DNA from: Takakia lepidozioides
Taxonomy: Eukaryota > Plantae > Bryophyta
NCBI GenBank assembly: GCA_030704615.1
Contig: CM060732.1
Location: 5,642,001-5,706,000, forward strand
DNA length: 64,000 nucleotides
Direction: 5' to 3'
Shown here piece after piece: positions 51,701 through 62,880 of this stretch. Position 1 is the stretch's first letter. Each line of letters starts with the position of its first letter. The notes under the pieces are model-generated. The model had not been told where the DNA came from. It searched no databases and saw only the letters and a program-made list of their open reading frames with translations. The position numbers were made by a program, and so were the translations under genes.

Positions 51701-53510
51701 CAACAATATCACGACAAAATTTGAGAACATCTCCTCTTTCAATTGCCTCAATCCCAGACTCCTTCAAACTCCTACATCGCACAGACAATGATGCCACTTT
51801 GGTCCTGGCCTCCCACAATTTGAACCTCAACTGCCTCAACTCCTGTCTGTTTTTGTAAACTTGTTTGACAATCTCCGCATTTCCAAGATATGACAACCTT
51901 CTTCCCTTGCCAGTATCTCTCTCCCCTCTACATTCCATGGCACCTCTTTCTCTATATACCCTCATTCTGAAGTCATTTTCCAAGGGAATGGAAGAACATG
52001 CTGAACATCTCAAGTTTGGAAATGGCTCCCCATCCAATGACACTCTAAAACAATCCGCGTGCCGAAACGTACCAACAACCTTATGCTCTTGATTGTTTAG
52101 AGTGATGGTTGCATTTGTCAACGGCTCGACATACCACTTCTTTCCTCCCTTGCTATCTTGAAGGAATGGTTTCAGACTTATTCTCTGCTGGTTGTACTCC
52201 CACCATTCATCCCATAGGCCCCAACTAAACTGTCTCTTCCTTTGTTGCATTGGGACCTTTGCTGTAATTGTCAATCCTCGATCAGATCTCCCCGTTGGGC
52301 AGCGTCAACACAAGCGTATGGAGTTTGTGACGAGGATGCTCCCATTGTTGATGCCACAATTGGATTGTCAAGTGGTGGGGACGGCAACACAGGTTGACTG
52401 ACCAAGAAAGAGCTTAGATCCCGTTGCTTTACATCTTGGCAATCATAGGCTTTGGAGGCCTTCCTCTCTTTTTGCAGGTCCTTCACTACTTCCAACCTTC
52501 TGGCAAATCTCTGCATCGACATGAGTTTTTCCTTTCACATGCTCTGTCAAAGAAGATTGCAAAGAACCTGTCCTTGGAAACAAGAGTAGCCACTTCGAAT
52601 CCAGTGGGCACCTAATCCTTATGGAACCCAACTGCGAATAGTCTCCAATTGTGGCTTCCACAATCTCAAATCTGTTTCCAGGATTGTCTCACAAAACCGA
52701 GCGACTTCCTCTAATGCCTCCTTCACCCTGTTCTTCTTTGCGTCTAATGCTTCATCTGCATTTACAGGGCTGATGACACATTGTGATGAACCCTTCCCAT
52801 GACGCCTCTCATAGGCTATGCGATGCCCCTCACTCCTCAAATGAGATCTCATAAAGTTTGCACATGCATCATATGGTTTGTTTTTCCCAGACCGTGCATA
52901 AACATCCTCACACTCAACACACCATATGTGGAACATTGCTTGTCCTTGTTGATCCTTTGTCATCAGCTCAAACTTGTCACATCGTCCTTCTGCAGAGATT
53001 TTCCTTTCAACGGCTCTAATCTCTTTTGCCATTTTTGAGTATCGTTGGATGTAGCCAACATGCTGCCAATCTACCGATCTCTGCTGAAGTGCATGCTCAT
53101 GTGCATGGTCTTCATTTCCACCATCGCCAGCAAAGGGTGTATCAGGGTCATCCTCATCTTGGTAGACACTGGTGCCGGGTCCTCGCCTGGTCTGTCCTCA
53201 TGCAAGATCGTAGACCACTGGAAGATAGAGGTCTTTTCAATCCTTGGTCCCCATCATTTTGGTCTGAAATCTTAATGTGTACAGTATCCCCTTTCAGAAC
53301 CATCCTCTCTTCTTGCTTGGCTGAAAGGACACTACCCCATGGAAAGGAAATGAAATTTTGCTGAGACAAGCTCATCACCTATAATTTCTGCTCGGATGCA
53401 TTTGTATGTAACACCTTGCATAGTGAACACAGAACCAAGCCTGTTTGGTGATGCATCTCCTCCAACAAGCAGGACTTTTACTTCCAACTCTTCTTCCATG
53501 ATGAGTTCAC
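48799..53510 (-). mobile_element. DNA transposon with frameshifted P-element/THAP9-like DDE transposase
   Basis: Across frames: two C2H2-like fingers (~52500-52930), AEDET (~51354), HASDGD (~51000), QD.IHNGKK DxxH (~50850), DRQNWAAAQRL (~50680), GSDVCEIFFS (~50300). End CCGGGGGGTGCACTC at 48799 with CCCC(C)TCTGTA subterminal repeats. Confidence 0.72.
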
Positions 53511-53669
53511 CTGCAAAATGCAATGAAAACATTTCAAATCAGACCTTGATAGACCAATAACAAAGCACCCGGGTTGGAAGGTTCCAAAGTCCTGTTTTAT
53601 ACAACCCTATAGGCTGTCCAAGTAGGAACTACGTTCATAAGAGGATGAAATGTATACAGAAGCAAGTAC

Positions 53670-54560
53670 CTGATTGATGAGTTTGATGTTGTTAATTTTT
53701 GCTGCTGCTATTGACCAAATGCTGCTACTTCCACTGCTGGTAGCCCTTTTTGGGTGATCCTGAACCCACAGTCCATCCTTGCATCAGCGGCTAGCCCTCC
53801 CTCCACACTAACATATTTAAATACAAAGTTCTGTCAAACTCCCTACGATGTTGCATGAAGAAAGCTCACCTTGTTGACAATATTGTCCCACCGCTGTGGA
53901 TCAAATTTATAGAACTCCTGCCAGCGCTGTTCCTTGCTCCAAATCTGGCCCTCTTGGATGATTTTGCACCCACGATCCTCTCCCTGCATCAACAGCTTCC
54001 CCTCCCTCCACACTAACAATGCGTACATCATGCCTCTGCAGCTACTACTGTGGCTTCCAGTTGACCATCTACCCATCCAGGTTTCTTGTAGCTCTCATTC
54101 CACATGGAATCATAGGTAATCTGGAGCTTGGAATCCGCCATCTGGAAATCTAGGGACGACTCTGATAATAGGGAAAACAGGCTGAAATGTGTTGAAGAAG
54201 GTACCTTCATTAGCAGTCCCTTGTTCTATCTATTATCTTTTTTTAGGTACTGTCATGCTACCACCTCGGCAGCAACTTGCAAAGTCACTCCAGAGCACCG
54301 CAGATCCACCCAACGAGCTAACTTACAGAATTCAATACATATGCTTCAGGGCTGAGTCTGATAAGGAAAATATGGCTGAAAAGGTCAACCAGAAGGTGCC
54401 CTCAGGCTGAAATACGTTGAAGAAGTACCTTTCATCAGAAGTGCCTTGCTTTATCAATTGCGTTGTTGCCGCCGCTGCTGTTCCAGTTGACCATCCACCC
54501 ACATTGTCCCCACCATTGACTGGGGTCAGAAAAGTGTCTCATTCCAAAGCTTCTCTTCAT
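53670..54560 (-). pseudogene. Organellar ssDNA-binding (OSB) PDF-motif exon fragments
   Basis: EEKLWNE/FSDPSQWW/DN, YDSMWNESYKKPGWVDGQL, EQRWQEFYKFDPQRWDNIVNK followed by GTGAG donor; inverted homologue of 60941-62880. Confidence 0.7.
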
Positions 54561-54567
54561 CTCTGTG

Positions 54568-55197
54568 GTGCTATTGTAGGGTGACTTCAATGCCCAAGTG
54601 GGCAAAGGGCTCCATCAGGACGATATCATTGGGTCTTCTGGTGAGGACGAGCTGAATTCTAATGGCAGACGATTAATTAACTGTCTGGAAGAGCTTCAGC
54701 TTTGACCTTGATTAACAAGACAAGAGGTGACCAAGTGCAGTGGACTCGTGAGAAATCCCAAACTGGGAACGTTCCATTGTGGACTATATCATAATGGACA
54801 AAAATTTGTTCCCCCAGTGTGCCAATGTGTTATCGACCGAACTGATATTGGTACCTCTGACCACTTTCTGGACTAAGATCAAAAGGTGTTTTCCCAAGGC
54901 CAGAGTAGAAGAGATTCTCAAGGACCTGGACCTGGATCCGCAAGTCTTGACCCTGCTGGATAAATCAGACTTAGAGGCTGTAGTGTCCAAAGCCATGTCT
55001 ATTGCCATGAGATTGTCTGATGAAAATGAAGTTAGGCATAAAACTTCCCTGAACTTGTTTCTAGTCAGTGACATGGGAGGACATCTTGGATGACCTCAAG
55101 GGTCCACCCACTCTCGGCACTAGACTGAAATTTAAACTCAGGGAAGGAAGCCTACCTTTGAACATGAAACAGAAGCAGAGAGGAAAGGGGGAGTGCA
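54568..55197 (+). mobile_element. Internally deleted LINE fragment (APE end joined to ORF2 C-terminus)
   Basis: GDFNA..NSNGRRL..IVDYI then jump at ~54900 to RVEEILKDLDLDPQ..GTRLKFKLR; similar to 58470-58550, 59840-59940 and rc 56090-56285. Confidence 0.85.
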
Positions 55198-55717
55198 CTC
55201 CCCCAAGTGAACCTGCATCATTCAGTTGGCAAGACCGTGTCTGAAAAATTGATCCATTTGAAGACACCACGGTGCAGCTGAGCACAGCCTGACATGACAA
55301 CAATTAAACATCATACTGAGACAAGAGAAGCAGTCAAGGACACAGTCATGCATATGGGCAGCAAGTGATCACCCTTCAAACATGATTGAAAACATACATG
55401 AGGTCAAAGGCAATAAGAAATCAGCGAAGGGTACTGCAGCTAACAGTTGGAGTGTCTTTAAAGACAAAGGGAAGAGAAAGAAACACTTCACTGGCAATGA
55501 GGGGAGGCTATGGAAACGCCAAGAGGATGGCACAATGATAGAAATAACAGGGCTGGGCAAAGGATCCTGCAGGAAGAAGAAAGGGTATGTCAGCATGGAA
55601 AGGAGGTGCGGCTCATTCCAACAGAAAGGGGAACATTCGTGCAGTTAAGTACAACAACCAATTGCCCTTCAATTATGGCTGGAATTTTCCAAAAGGCGAG
55701 GGATGATAAGGATGAGA

Positions 55718-56286
55718 TTGTACTCATAAGACGTTTTTTGCCGTAGCCTTGTGGCCATTGACCCGCGCCCAGTTTTCAGTGGGAACAAAAGGAACAGGGC
55801 TGACGTTGGTAGTAAGACTTACCATCGTATAAGGAATTAATCCGGGTTTTCCAGATATCCTCTAGAAAACCCTTCACACAAGCATCAATCTGCTGTGTGT
55901 GATTTGCCCAAAAACTAGGCCTCAGGAGGGCCTGGGCTTTTGGCTCAGCCTCGAGACTTTCAAAGTTGGTAAACATGGGTACAGGCACAATTCCCTTGAT
56001 AGAATTGAAGAGAGCCTCTCTTTGGTGAGAGAACCCGGACAGCGTATCAGAAAATGAATATTGTCTTCAGATTGCCCACACAACGGACAATTGCACTCTC
56101 CCTTTCCTCTTTGCTTCTGTTTGCTGTTCAAAGGTAGGCTTCCTGCCCTGAGTTTAAATTTCAGTCTAGTGCCGAGAGTGGGTAGACCCTTGAGGTCATC
56201 CAAGATGTCCACCCCCATGTCACTGACTAGAAACAAGTTCAGGGAAGTTCTCTGCCTAACTTCATTTTCATCAGACAATCTCATGG
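55718..56286 (-). mobile_element. LINE 3' end with C-terminal CCHC finger
   Basis: GTRLKFKLRAG..CPLCGQSEDNIHFLIRCP, followed by the 3' tail shared with 30663-30720. Confidence 0.85.
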
Positions 56287-57460
56287 CACCCAGCAATCAG
56301 AAAGTGAGGCACCCGAGGCTGGACTGCTGCAAAGAGGTACAAAGACATGAGCTGAGAATGAGATGTTGCCTTTCGTTGAAATTCCCCACACAAGGGTGTT
56401 TGGCAAGCAAAACCCCAGGCAAGGATGAGAGGTGAATCTGGGATAAAACCAGCAGCTGGGAGTGAGGAAAGACACAAGGAAGGGCAGCAATACCTTGTCA
56501 AATCTGAGGGTGATGGCTGGAGAAAATTAAACAAGGACTGGAAGTATGGGAGCAGCAATCGCATGAAGAGAAATCTGCATGAGACGCTGAAGAGTGAAAG
56601 GGAGGAAGACATGCACCTCGCTTATGAAAAGTGGAGGGGCAGGGCAGAAAACCTGATGCCTGAAATTGATGGGAGCTCGTGGGAGACTCTGCAAAGAAGA
56701 CTCCAATCAGCTTTTGCCAACAATCGGACCAGTGAAAGATCGCCCTTGGTTGGCGCAACACCACAAAACAAGTGCAGCCCTGATAGCATGGTGAGTGGGG
56801 CACCAACAGAGCCAGAAAATGAGGGAGAAGGAGGAGACTTCCCTGCCAAGAAAGTCAATGCGGGCCTGTAGTGGCATGCAAGGAAAGGGACACCGTAAGT
56901 GTTGCCAACAGATGTAAATCAGTGCTCATTCATTCGAAAGCACCACGGGAGATGAAGGAAAAAACACCTGCAGGGACGTTGAAGCATAAAAGAGGAGAGC
57001 ACTTCACTTGGGAAGAAAGTGAAGCATTGGAGAACGAGGCTGATGACTGGCAGTCTGAAAAGGAAAGGCGGTTGTGGGAAACCCTGCCAAGACCCAAGAC
57101 AACCATATAGAGAGAATCAAGCAGGTGGGAACTGCCCTTCATTGGGGGTGGTGCAAACAAGAGCAAGACCAAAAGCTGAACGACATGAGAAGATAGTGTG
57201 TCATCACAGATGGAGACCCTGGAAAATGCTCTGCCCAGGAGATGAAGAACATTAGGCAACTAGAAACGTGGGGGGCTGAATATGCTCTGCAGTCAACTTG
57301 GCTTGTTGAATGCTTGCATAAGAGATGAGGGGTTGTTGTCAGTCCACGGCATTGAGTTCATCAAATCCTACAACAGCCCACCATCGCTGCCCACTGCTTA
57401 CAAACTGCCACAAAAACAGTTTCACAGGACTTACAGATGATTGGTGGAAGGCAAGGCCCC

Positions 57461-57850
57461 CCGGGGGGTGCACTCCTCATTAAATGTACCAGCCACGTGC
57501 GTGCACATGAGGGGGTATTTAAAACCCCCCCATGTACAACATTATACATACAGAGGGGGGTTTAAAACACCTTAAATATAATTTTACAGGAGGGGGTTGT
57601 TGAGTTTTTAGGGATAGTGTAGTGGTAAGAATGGCAATTCCGCCGCGATGCATCCCGGGATCAAATCGTGGAATCGTCGTTTTGTATGTTTGTTTGTTTT
57701 TTTTTTTTTTTTTTTTTTTTCGCTCCACGATCTTTCTCCCCTGACCTCCCGCGGCTTTCTCTTTTCTTTCTCCTCCTCTCCCGCGTTCGCCTTCCCTTCC
57801 GCGGGCTTTCTCTTTTTCCTCCTCTCCTCTCCCCTCCTCTCCACAGGGCA
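57461..57850 (+). mobile_element. Second terminus of the P-like transposon family, reading rightwards
   Basis: CCGGGGGGTGCACTC..CACGTGCGT (57461-57502) aligns with 48799-48840; TACAGAGGGGG and TACAGGAGGGGG motifs are rc of those at 48890-48985. Confidence 0.7.
57608..57679 (+). pseudogene. tRNA-Asp-like pseudo-tRNA followed by a T-run
   Basis: TAGTGTAGTGGTAAGAAT (A box) and CCCGGGATCAAATCGTGGAATCGTCG (degenerate B box and 3' end) resemble plant tRNA-Asp; anticodon arm degenerate; T-run to 57720. Confidence 0.6.
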
Positions 57851-57854
57851 TGGT

Positions 57855-59942
57855 AGGACAATGTGGAACGTCCTGAATCTGAAGGATTTGGTACTCAAGA
57901 GTTTACACAAGACGAGCAAAATCTACACATGGGGTAACTGTCCCCCCTTTGCAGAACGGTTGGGCGTCCAGAAGCAATCCCAAGCTACCTAGACGACAAA
58001 CAATTCACATGCAAAGGGCTGGCTTGCGGCTGGCCACTTTCAACTTCTCAGGGCTTACTAACCAAAGGAAACAACTCGAAGTGGGACAAGTCCTTCGGAC
58101 TAATGATATTCATATCTGTGCTGGGCAAGAAACATGGGAAACTTCAGATAAACTGGTTGGAGATGTCAATGGTTATAAATGGGCAGGTAGGATGTGTACT
58201 CTCAAGGCAGCCTCTGCCAAACGCGGTCAAAAAGGGGTTGGATTCGTTGTCCGTGATTTCTTGTTTGATAATTGTGAAATTATCAACAAGGGTTTGAGGT
58301 ACGAACATAGTATCTGGCTAAAACTGAATCTGAAGGGCGGCATGAGTACGAAGGACCTCTTTGTGGGTTGTGTTTACATGCCCACAGAGGGGACCCTTAG
58401 TGCTGACGCAGACAAAGCCTTCGAAGATGTAAAGCTGGACTGTGCTTCGTTCCTTGCCAAAGGTCAGGTAGTGCTATTGGGTGACTTCAATGCCCGGTGG
58501 GCAAAAGGCTCCATCAGGACGATATCATTGGGCCTTTTGGTGAGGACGAGCCCTCTATAAGAGTGCTGCAATTTGAAAACCAACAGAGAATTGTGGGCGA
58601 GGTACTATCAGCTCCGGAAAGATATCAATCAGCTTGTTAGGTCTCAGAAGAAATTATACTAGGATAAGTTATACAGTGAAATAAACTCAAACCACCATGG
58701 TGGTAATGACAAGAAATTATGGTTGGCCCTTCAACGTTTGTACAAGCCTAAAAACGGTCAGCAAGTACAAGCGCTGAAGACTACTAAAGGTGCAGTGGTG
58801 ACTTCATCGGTTGACATTGTCAAAACCTTTGAAAATCACTACAGTATCCTTGGCAGAACTTCTAGGTCTAACAGTGAGGGGTCTTCTGCTGAATGGAGGG
58901 ACACAGTTGGAAAAATTGTTCCTATGATTCAAAACAGCCCTGATGAACTGGAGTATATTTCAATGGCTTATAACGCTCCCATTAGTTCTTCTGAGATTGT
59001 GGAAGCAATTGAACATTTAAATGGATATAAAGCTGGTGGACCTTATGGTATTGTCAACGAGCTTATCAAGCACGGTGGCGATCCCATGATAGAGGCCCTA
59101 GTTCTCCTCTTTAACCTTATCTGGAAGACTGAAATGATCCCCTTTCGCTGGCGATAGGGGGTCATTGTCAGTCTATACAAGAAGGGTGACAGAGAAGAAC
59201 CGGGGAACTACCGTGGCATCACACTCAGGAGTTGATTAATTGCGCGAAGAGATACTTTGATCTTTGGGGGCTAGAGGCTAATGTCAGCAAATGTGCAGTG
59301 GTAGCATTCAATGACAGAGGAGAGGGAGGAAGTGATCTTAAGTGGCAGTGGGGTAGCCAAGAGATCCCGGTCCTCCCTTCCTACACTTACCTGGGCATTG
59401 AGTTTTCCTCCAATTGTAATTGGGATGCACATATCCGGAAAGTTGTTCGAACTGGCAAGGGCAAAGCTCTGGGGCTCACTAAATTTTTCCACTGTAGAGG
59501 GGTCATCTCTGAGGTTAAGAAAACCATGCTTTGTCGCGTTATTAGACCTGCCTTGGAGTACGGATCTGCTATATGGGTTGATAACTCCAACCAGGCTAAG
59601 TCTCTAGAATCCATTCAAGTGGGGGTGCTTAAGGAGTGTGTGTCAGCATGCTCCAAAACAGCCAATGTGGCTGTTCGGGGTGAGTTTGGCATTCCATCCT
59701 TAAGCTCCCGACGAGATGAATTCAAGGTCAGATGGTGGGGTCAGCTGCAACATATGCCCAACACCAGATATCCTAAGTTGATTGACTCTATATCTTGGAA
59801 ATAGGACCGCCCTGTCAAACAAGCTAAGTCCTGGCAGAAGAGAGTAGAAAAGATTCTCAAGGACCTGGACCTGGATCCGCAAGTCTTGACCCTGCTGGAT
59901 AAATCTGCCTTAGAGGCTGTAGTGTCTGAGGCCATGTCTGTT
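57855..59942 (+). mobile_element. LINE (APE-RT, RTEX-like by inference) with two large internal deletions
   Basis: APE motifs ATFN, QETW, GVGF, VYMP, LGDFNAR; then KAGGPYGIVNE..W..G.IV.LYKKGD..NYRGITL joined directly to post-YADD sequence; YTYLG, RPALEYG. Confidence 0.9.
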
Positions 59943-60777
59943 CGCCGCCAACCTTTGACAAGAAAGTGTGCTTCATCTTCCTCATCTCCTACTGGTTCCC
60001 TTGATGCTTCACCTCGTATGTCTTCCTCCTCATGTTTTAGCAGCAGCTCCCATGCTTGAATTGCTACTTTTCCTCGTAGTTGATCTTGTGCTTTCCTTTT
60101 TCTCCGTAGCCTAATCAACAGTTTTATCTTGGCAGCTCCCTTGCCATGAGTGCCTTGTCTCACTGCATCTCCCTTGGCTGCCCACCATCCGTGGAGTCTT
60201 TCTTGCACTATTCTGACCCTCGTTGGCATGCACTTTGCTGCGATGCCCCACATGTATTTGCTGCTCCCTTTAATCATCAACATAGTGCTCCAGAGCCAGT
60301 TCCTCATTGTTGACCAGTTGACCTTCTCAGCCCTTGGACCCCATTTTCCCTTCTCCCATGTTGCCTCGTCTTTCTGCTTCATCGTTTGCTTTACTTGCAC
60401 GATGTTGCTTCTTCCCTACAGCTCATCATGTGTTGTGGCTCTTTCCCATGTTGCACTCACTCCCATCATACGTTGTGCAGTTGATAAGACTGAGATGAGT
60501 TGATGCAGGATAGGGGGAGGGCTTGTTGGTATATGTTGTCCGATAGGCCCCATGCATAGAGTCAAAGCTGGAAGTCAGCCTTGCAAGGACCCAAGTGAGA
60601 GAAGTCTGGTGGGGGTAGCATCTTGGGGGATGGCAGTTAGGGCAATGTGTGTCTAGGGCAATATATGTCATAGCAGCGGGTGATGTGCTGCCAATTTTGA
60701 GGATAGAGACAGCCTGTAAGCTGTAGATTTGTATAAGTGGTTTCTTCTGATACATATTGCTCCCAGTTTGCCACAAC

Positions 60778-60926
60778 CAGTTGTTTGCGTTTGTAGTGCA
60801 TGTGCGAGCCTGCTGGGGAAGGGCAAAGAGGTCCATGGGTGCATCGTCAAAGCTGGAATTGTGGCAGATGTTATTCTGAACAATACCCTTGTGGACAGGG
60901 AGTGTTCAACAATATGGCTGAGCGAA
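60778..60926 (+). pseudogene. PPR fragment, close copy of ~47858-48007
   Basis: TTTGTAGTGCATGTGCGAGCCTG..GGGAGTGTTCAACAATATGGCTGAGCGAA shared in direct orientation. Confidence 0.85.
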
Positions 60927-60940
60927 GGATAGAGTGTAAT

Positions 60941-62880
60941 GACTGCTAATGAAGGCACCTTCTTCAATTTCACCTTGTTTTCCCCTCTTATCAGAATCGC
61001 CCCTAATTATTCATGTCTGAATTCTGCAAGTTAGTTGGTTGAGTGAAGCTTTGATAGTTTGGAGTGACTTTGACATGATTCTGCCAATGTGACAACAGGA
61101 AAGTATCAGAAACAGGTAACACAGACGAGGAGAAGTTGTGGAATGAATATTTTTCTGACCCCAGTCAATGGTGGGACAATCGAGGCAAGAAGGTGAATGT
61201 TTGTTGGATTATAGAGAGTAGCAGATGCAATTGAGCGTAGGAACTAGTGTGATAAGTTGAGTTGGGTGCTTCCTAGAACAAGTCTAGGCTGTCATCGTCA
61301 ACTACTAGCAACAAGGCAAGGTTGTATGCATGATTCATGCGAGGCATGGATAGAAGGGGGATGCAGCGATGGGAAGGAATGCGGTGCCGATTTGTCCGAG
61401 CGACGAAGCCTGATCCAAATCCAGGGAGCCAACTATCTCAAAAATCCACAATCAGAGTGTTAATGAACCTTGTCTCCGGAATGCGGCCTCTGGTCTTTGC
61501 GCAATAACTGCCAACGGTATGCAGTCAGAAAGTGGGGGGCCGTCTGGATGATGTCGGCTGAAGGGAGAAGCCGGCACCGTGCCGTCACATTACTGAATGG
61601 AAATTCGGCACTGAATATCCAACCGGGGCCGCACGGATGAAGTCGCCTGGGGCAAAGAGGCCGGCACGTGTCCGACAGAGAACATCCCCCGGATGGAAAT
61701 TCAGCGCCGAATTTCCATCCGGATCCCCCCAAAGGAAGTCGTGTCGGGGGTCAGGCCGAAAACTGGCCGACATAAAAACCTCCCCGGATGGAAAAACGGC
61801 GCCGAATTTCCATCCGGGGCGTTCGGATGCAGTCGGGGAGGGGGGAGAGGCCGGCACCTGGCCGTCACATTTCAACCCCCGGACGGAAATTCGGCACTGA
61901 ATATCCAATAGGGGACGCCTGGATGAAGTCGCCTCGGGCGGAGAGGACGGCACCTGTCCGACAGAGAGCATCCCCCGGATGGAAATTCTGCGCCGAATTT
62001 CCATCCGGGCCCCATTAAAGGAAGTCCGGTCGGGTGGTGAGGCCGAAAACTGGACGATATAAAAACCTCCCAGGATGGAAAAACGGCGCCGAATTTCCGT
62101 CCGGGGCCGTTCCGATTTCCCTCTAGCAGTCGAGGAGTTCATGAAAAACTTGTCTAAAAATGGACTTCAGCCACAAAACTAACAGTTTACTGTGTTTTTC
62201 TAGAGTGTGGGTGCAGATTCACGCCAAGAGGGCCAGACTTCAAGCTCCCCGAGTAACTATGAAGCTACAAAAACCTGCATGGGTGAGATGGTCAACTGGA
62301 CAGCAACGGCACAATTGATAAAAATCAGACATTGTTATGAAGGCATCTTCTTCAGCACATTTCACCTGTTTCTCCCTCCCTCTTTTTTTAGAAATCGGTC
62401 CAAATTTCCATGTTGAATATGCCAGTGTTCACGGTTGAGTGAATCTAGTTTGGAGTTCCTTTGACATGATAACGGCTATGTGACAACAGGAAAGTATCAA
62501 AAAACAAGTATCAGACATGAGGAGAAGCTGTGGAATGAATTCTTTTCTGCCCCCCGTCAATGATGGGGACAACCGAGGCAAAAAAGGTGAATGCCTGCTA
62601 CATTTCAGAGAGTAGCATCAGCAATTTAGCATAGGAACTAGTGTGATAAGCTGAGTTGGGTGTTTCATAGAACAAATGTAGGTTGTCATTGTCACTACTA
62701 GCAGCAAGGCAAGGATGAATGCATGATTTGTCAGGGGCATGGTAGCTGAGGAGCATGGATAGAGTGGTGGTCCAGATTCATCCTAGAGGGCCAAATTTCA
62801 AGCACAAGATTTACTATGATTCCCCGTGGATCAATAACTACAAAGAAACCTCCCATGTGTAGCTGGTCTAATTCCGTGGA
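60941..62880 (+). pseudogene. OSB-like PDF-motif pseudogene, two exon/intron modules
   Basis: EEKLWNEYFSDPSQWWDNRGKK then GTGAAT donor (~61100-61195, repeated ~62490-62590); TPRGPDFK (~62220) and IHPRGPNFKHKIYYDSPW (~62776). Confidence 0.75.
61575..62125. repeat. GC-rich ~290-bp tandem dimer built from palindromic units
   Basis: CCGGATGGAAATTC-N6-GAATTTCCATCCGG at 61689-61722 and ~61975-62008, plus four degenerate versions. Confidence 0.85.

Noticed and set aside
55190-55204. GAGTGCACTCCCCC as the missing right TIR of the P-like element
   Set aside because: Inner flank is LINE sequence and lacks the rest of the 42-bp terminus.
59945-60480. Minus-strand ORF as a BED-finger hAT N-terminus
   Set aside because: Cys/His ligands not recoverable; too degenerate to call.
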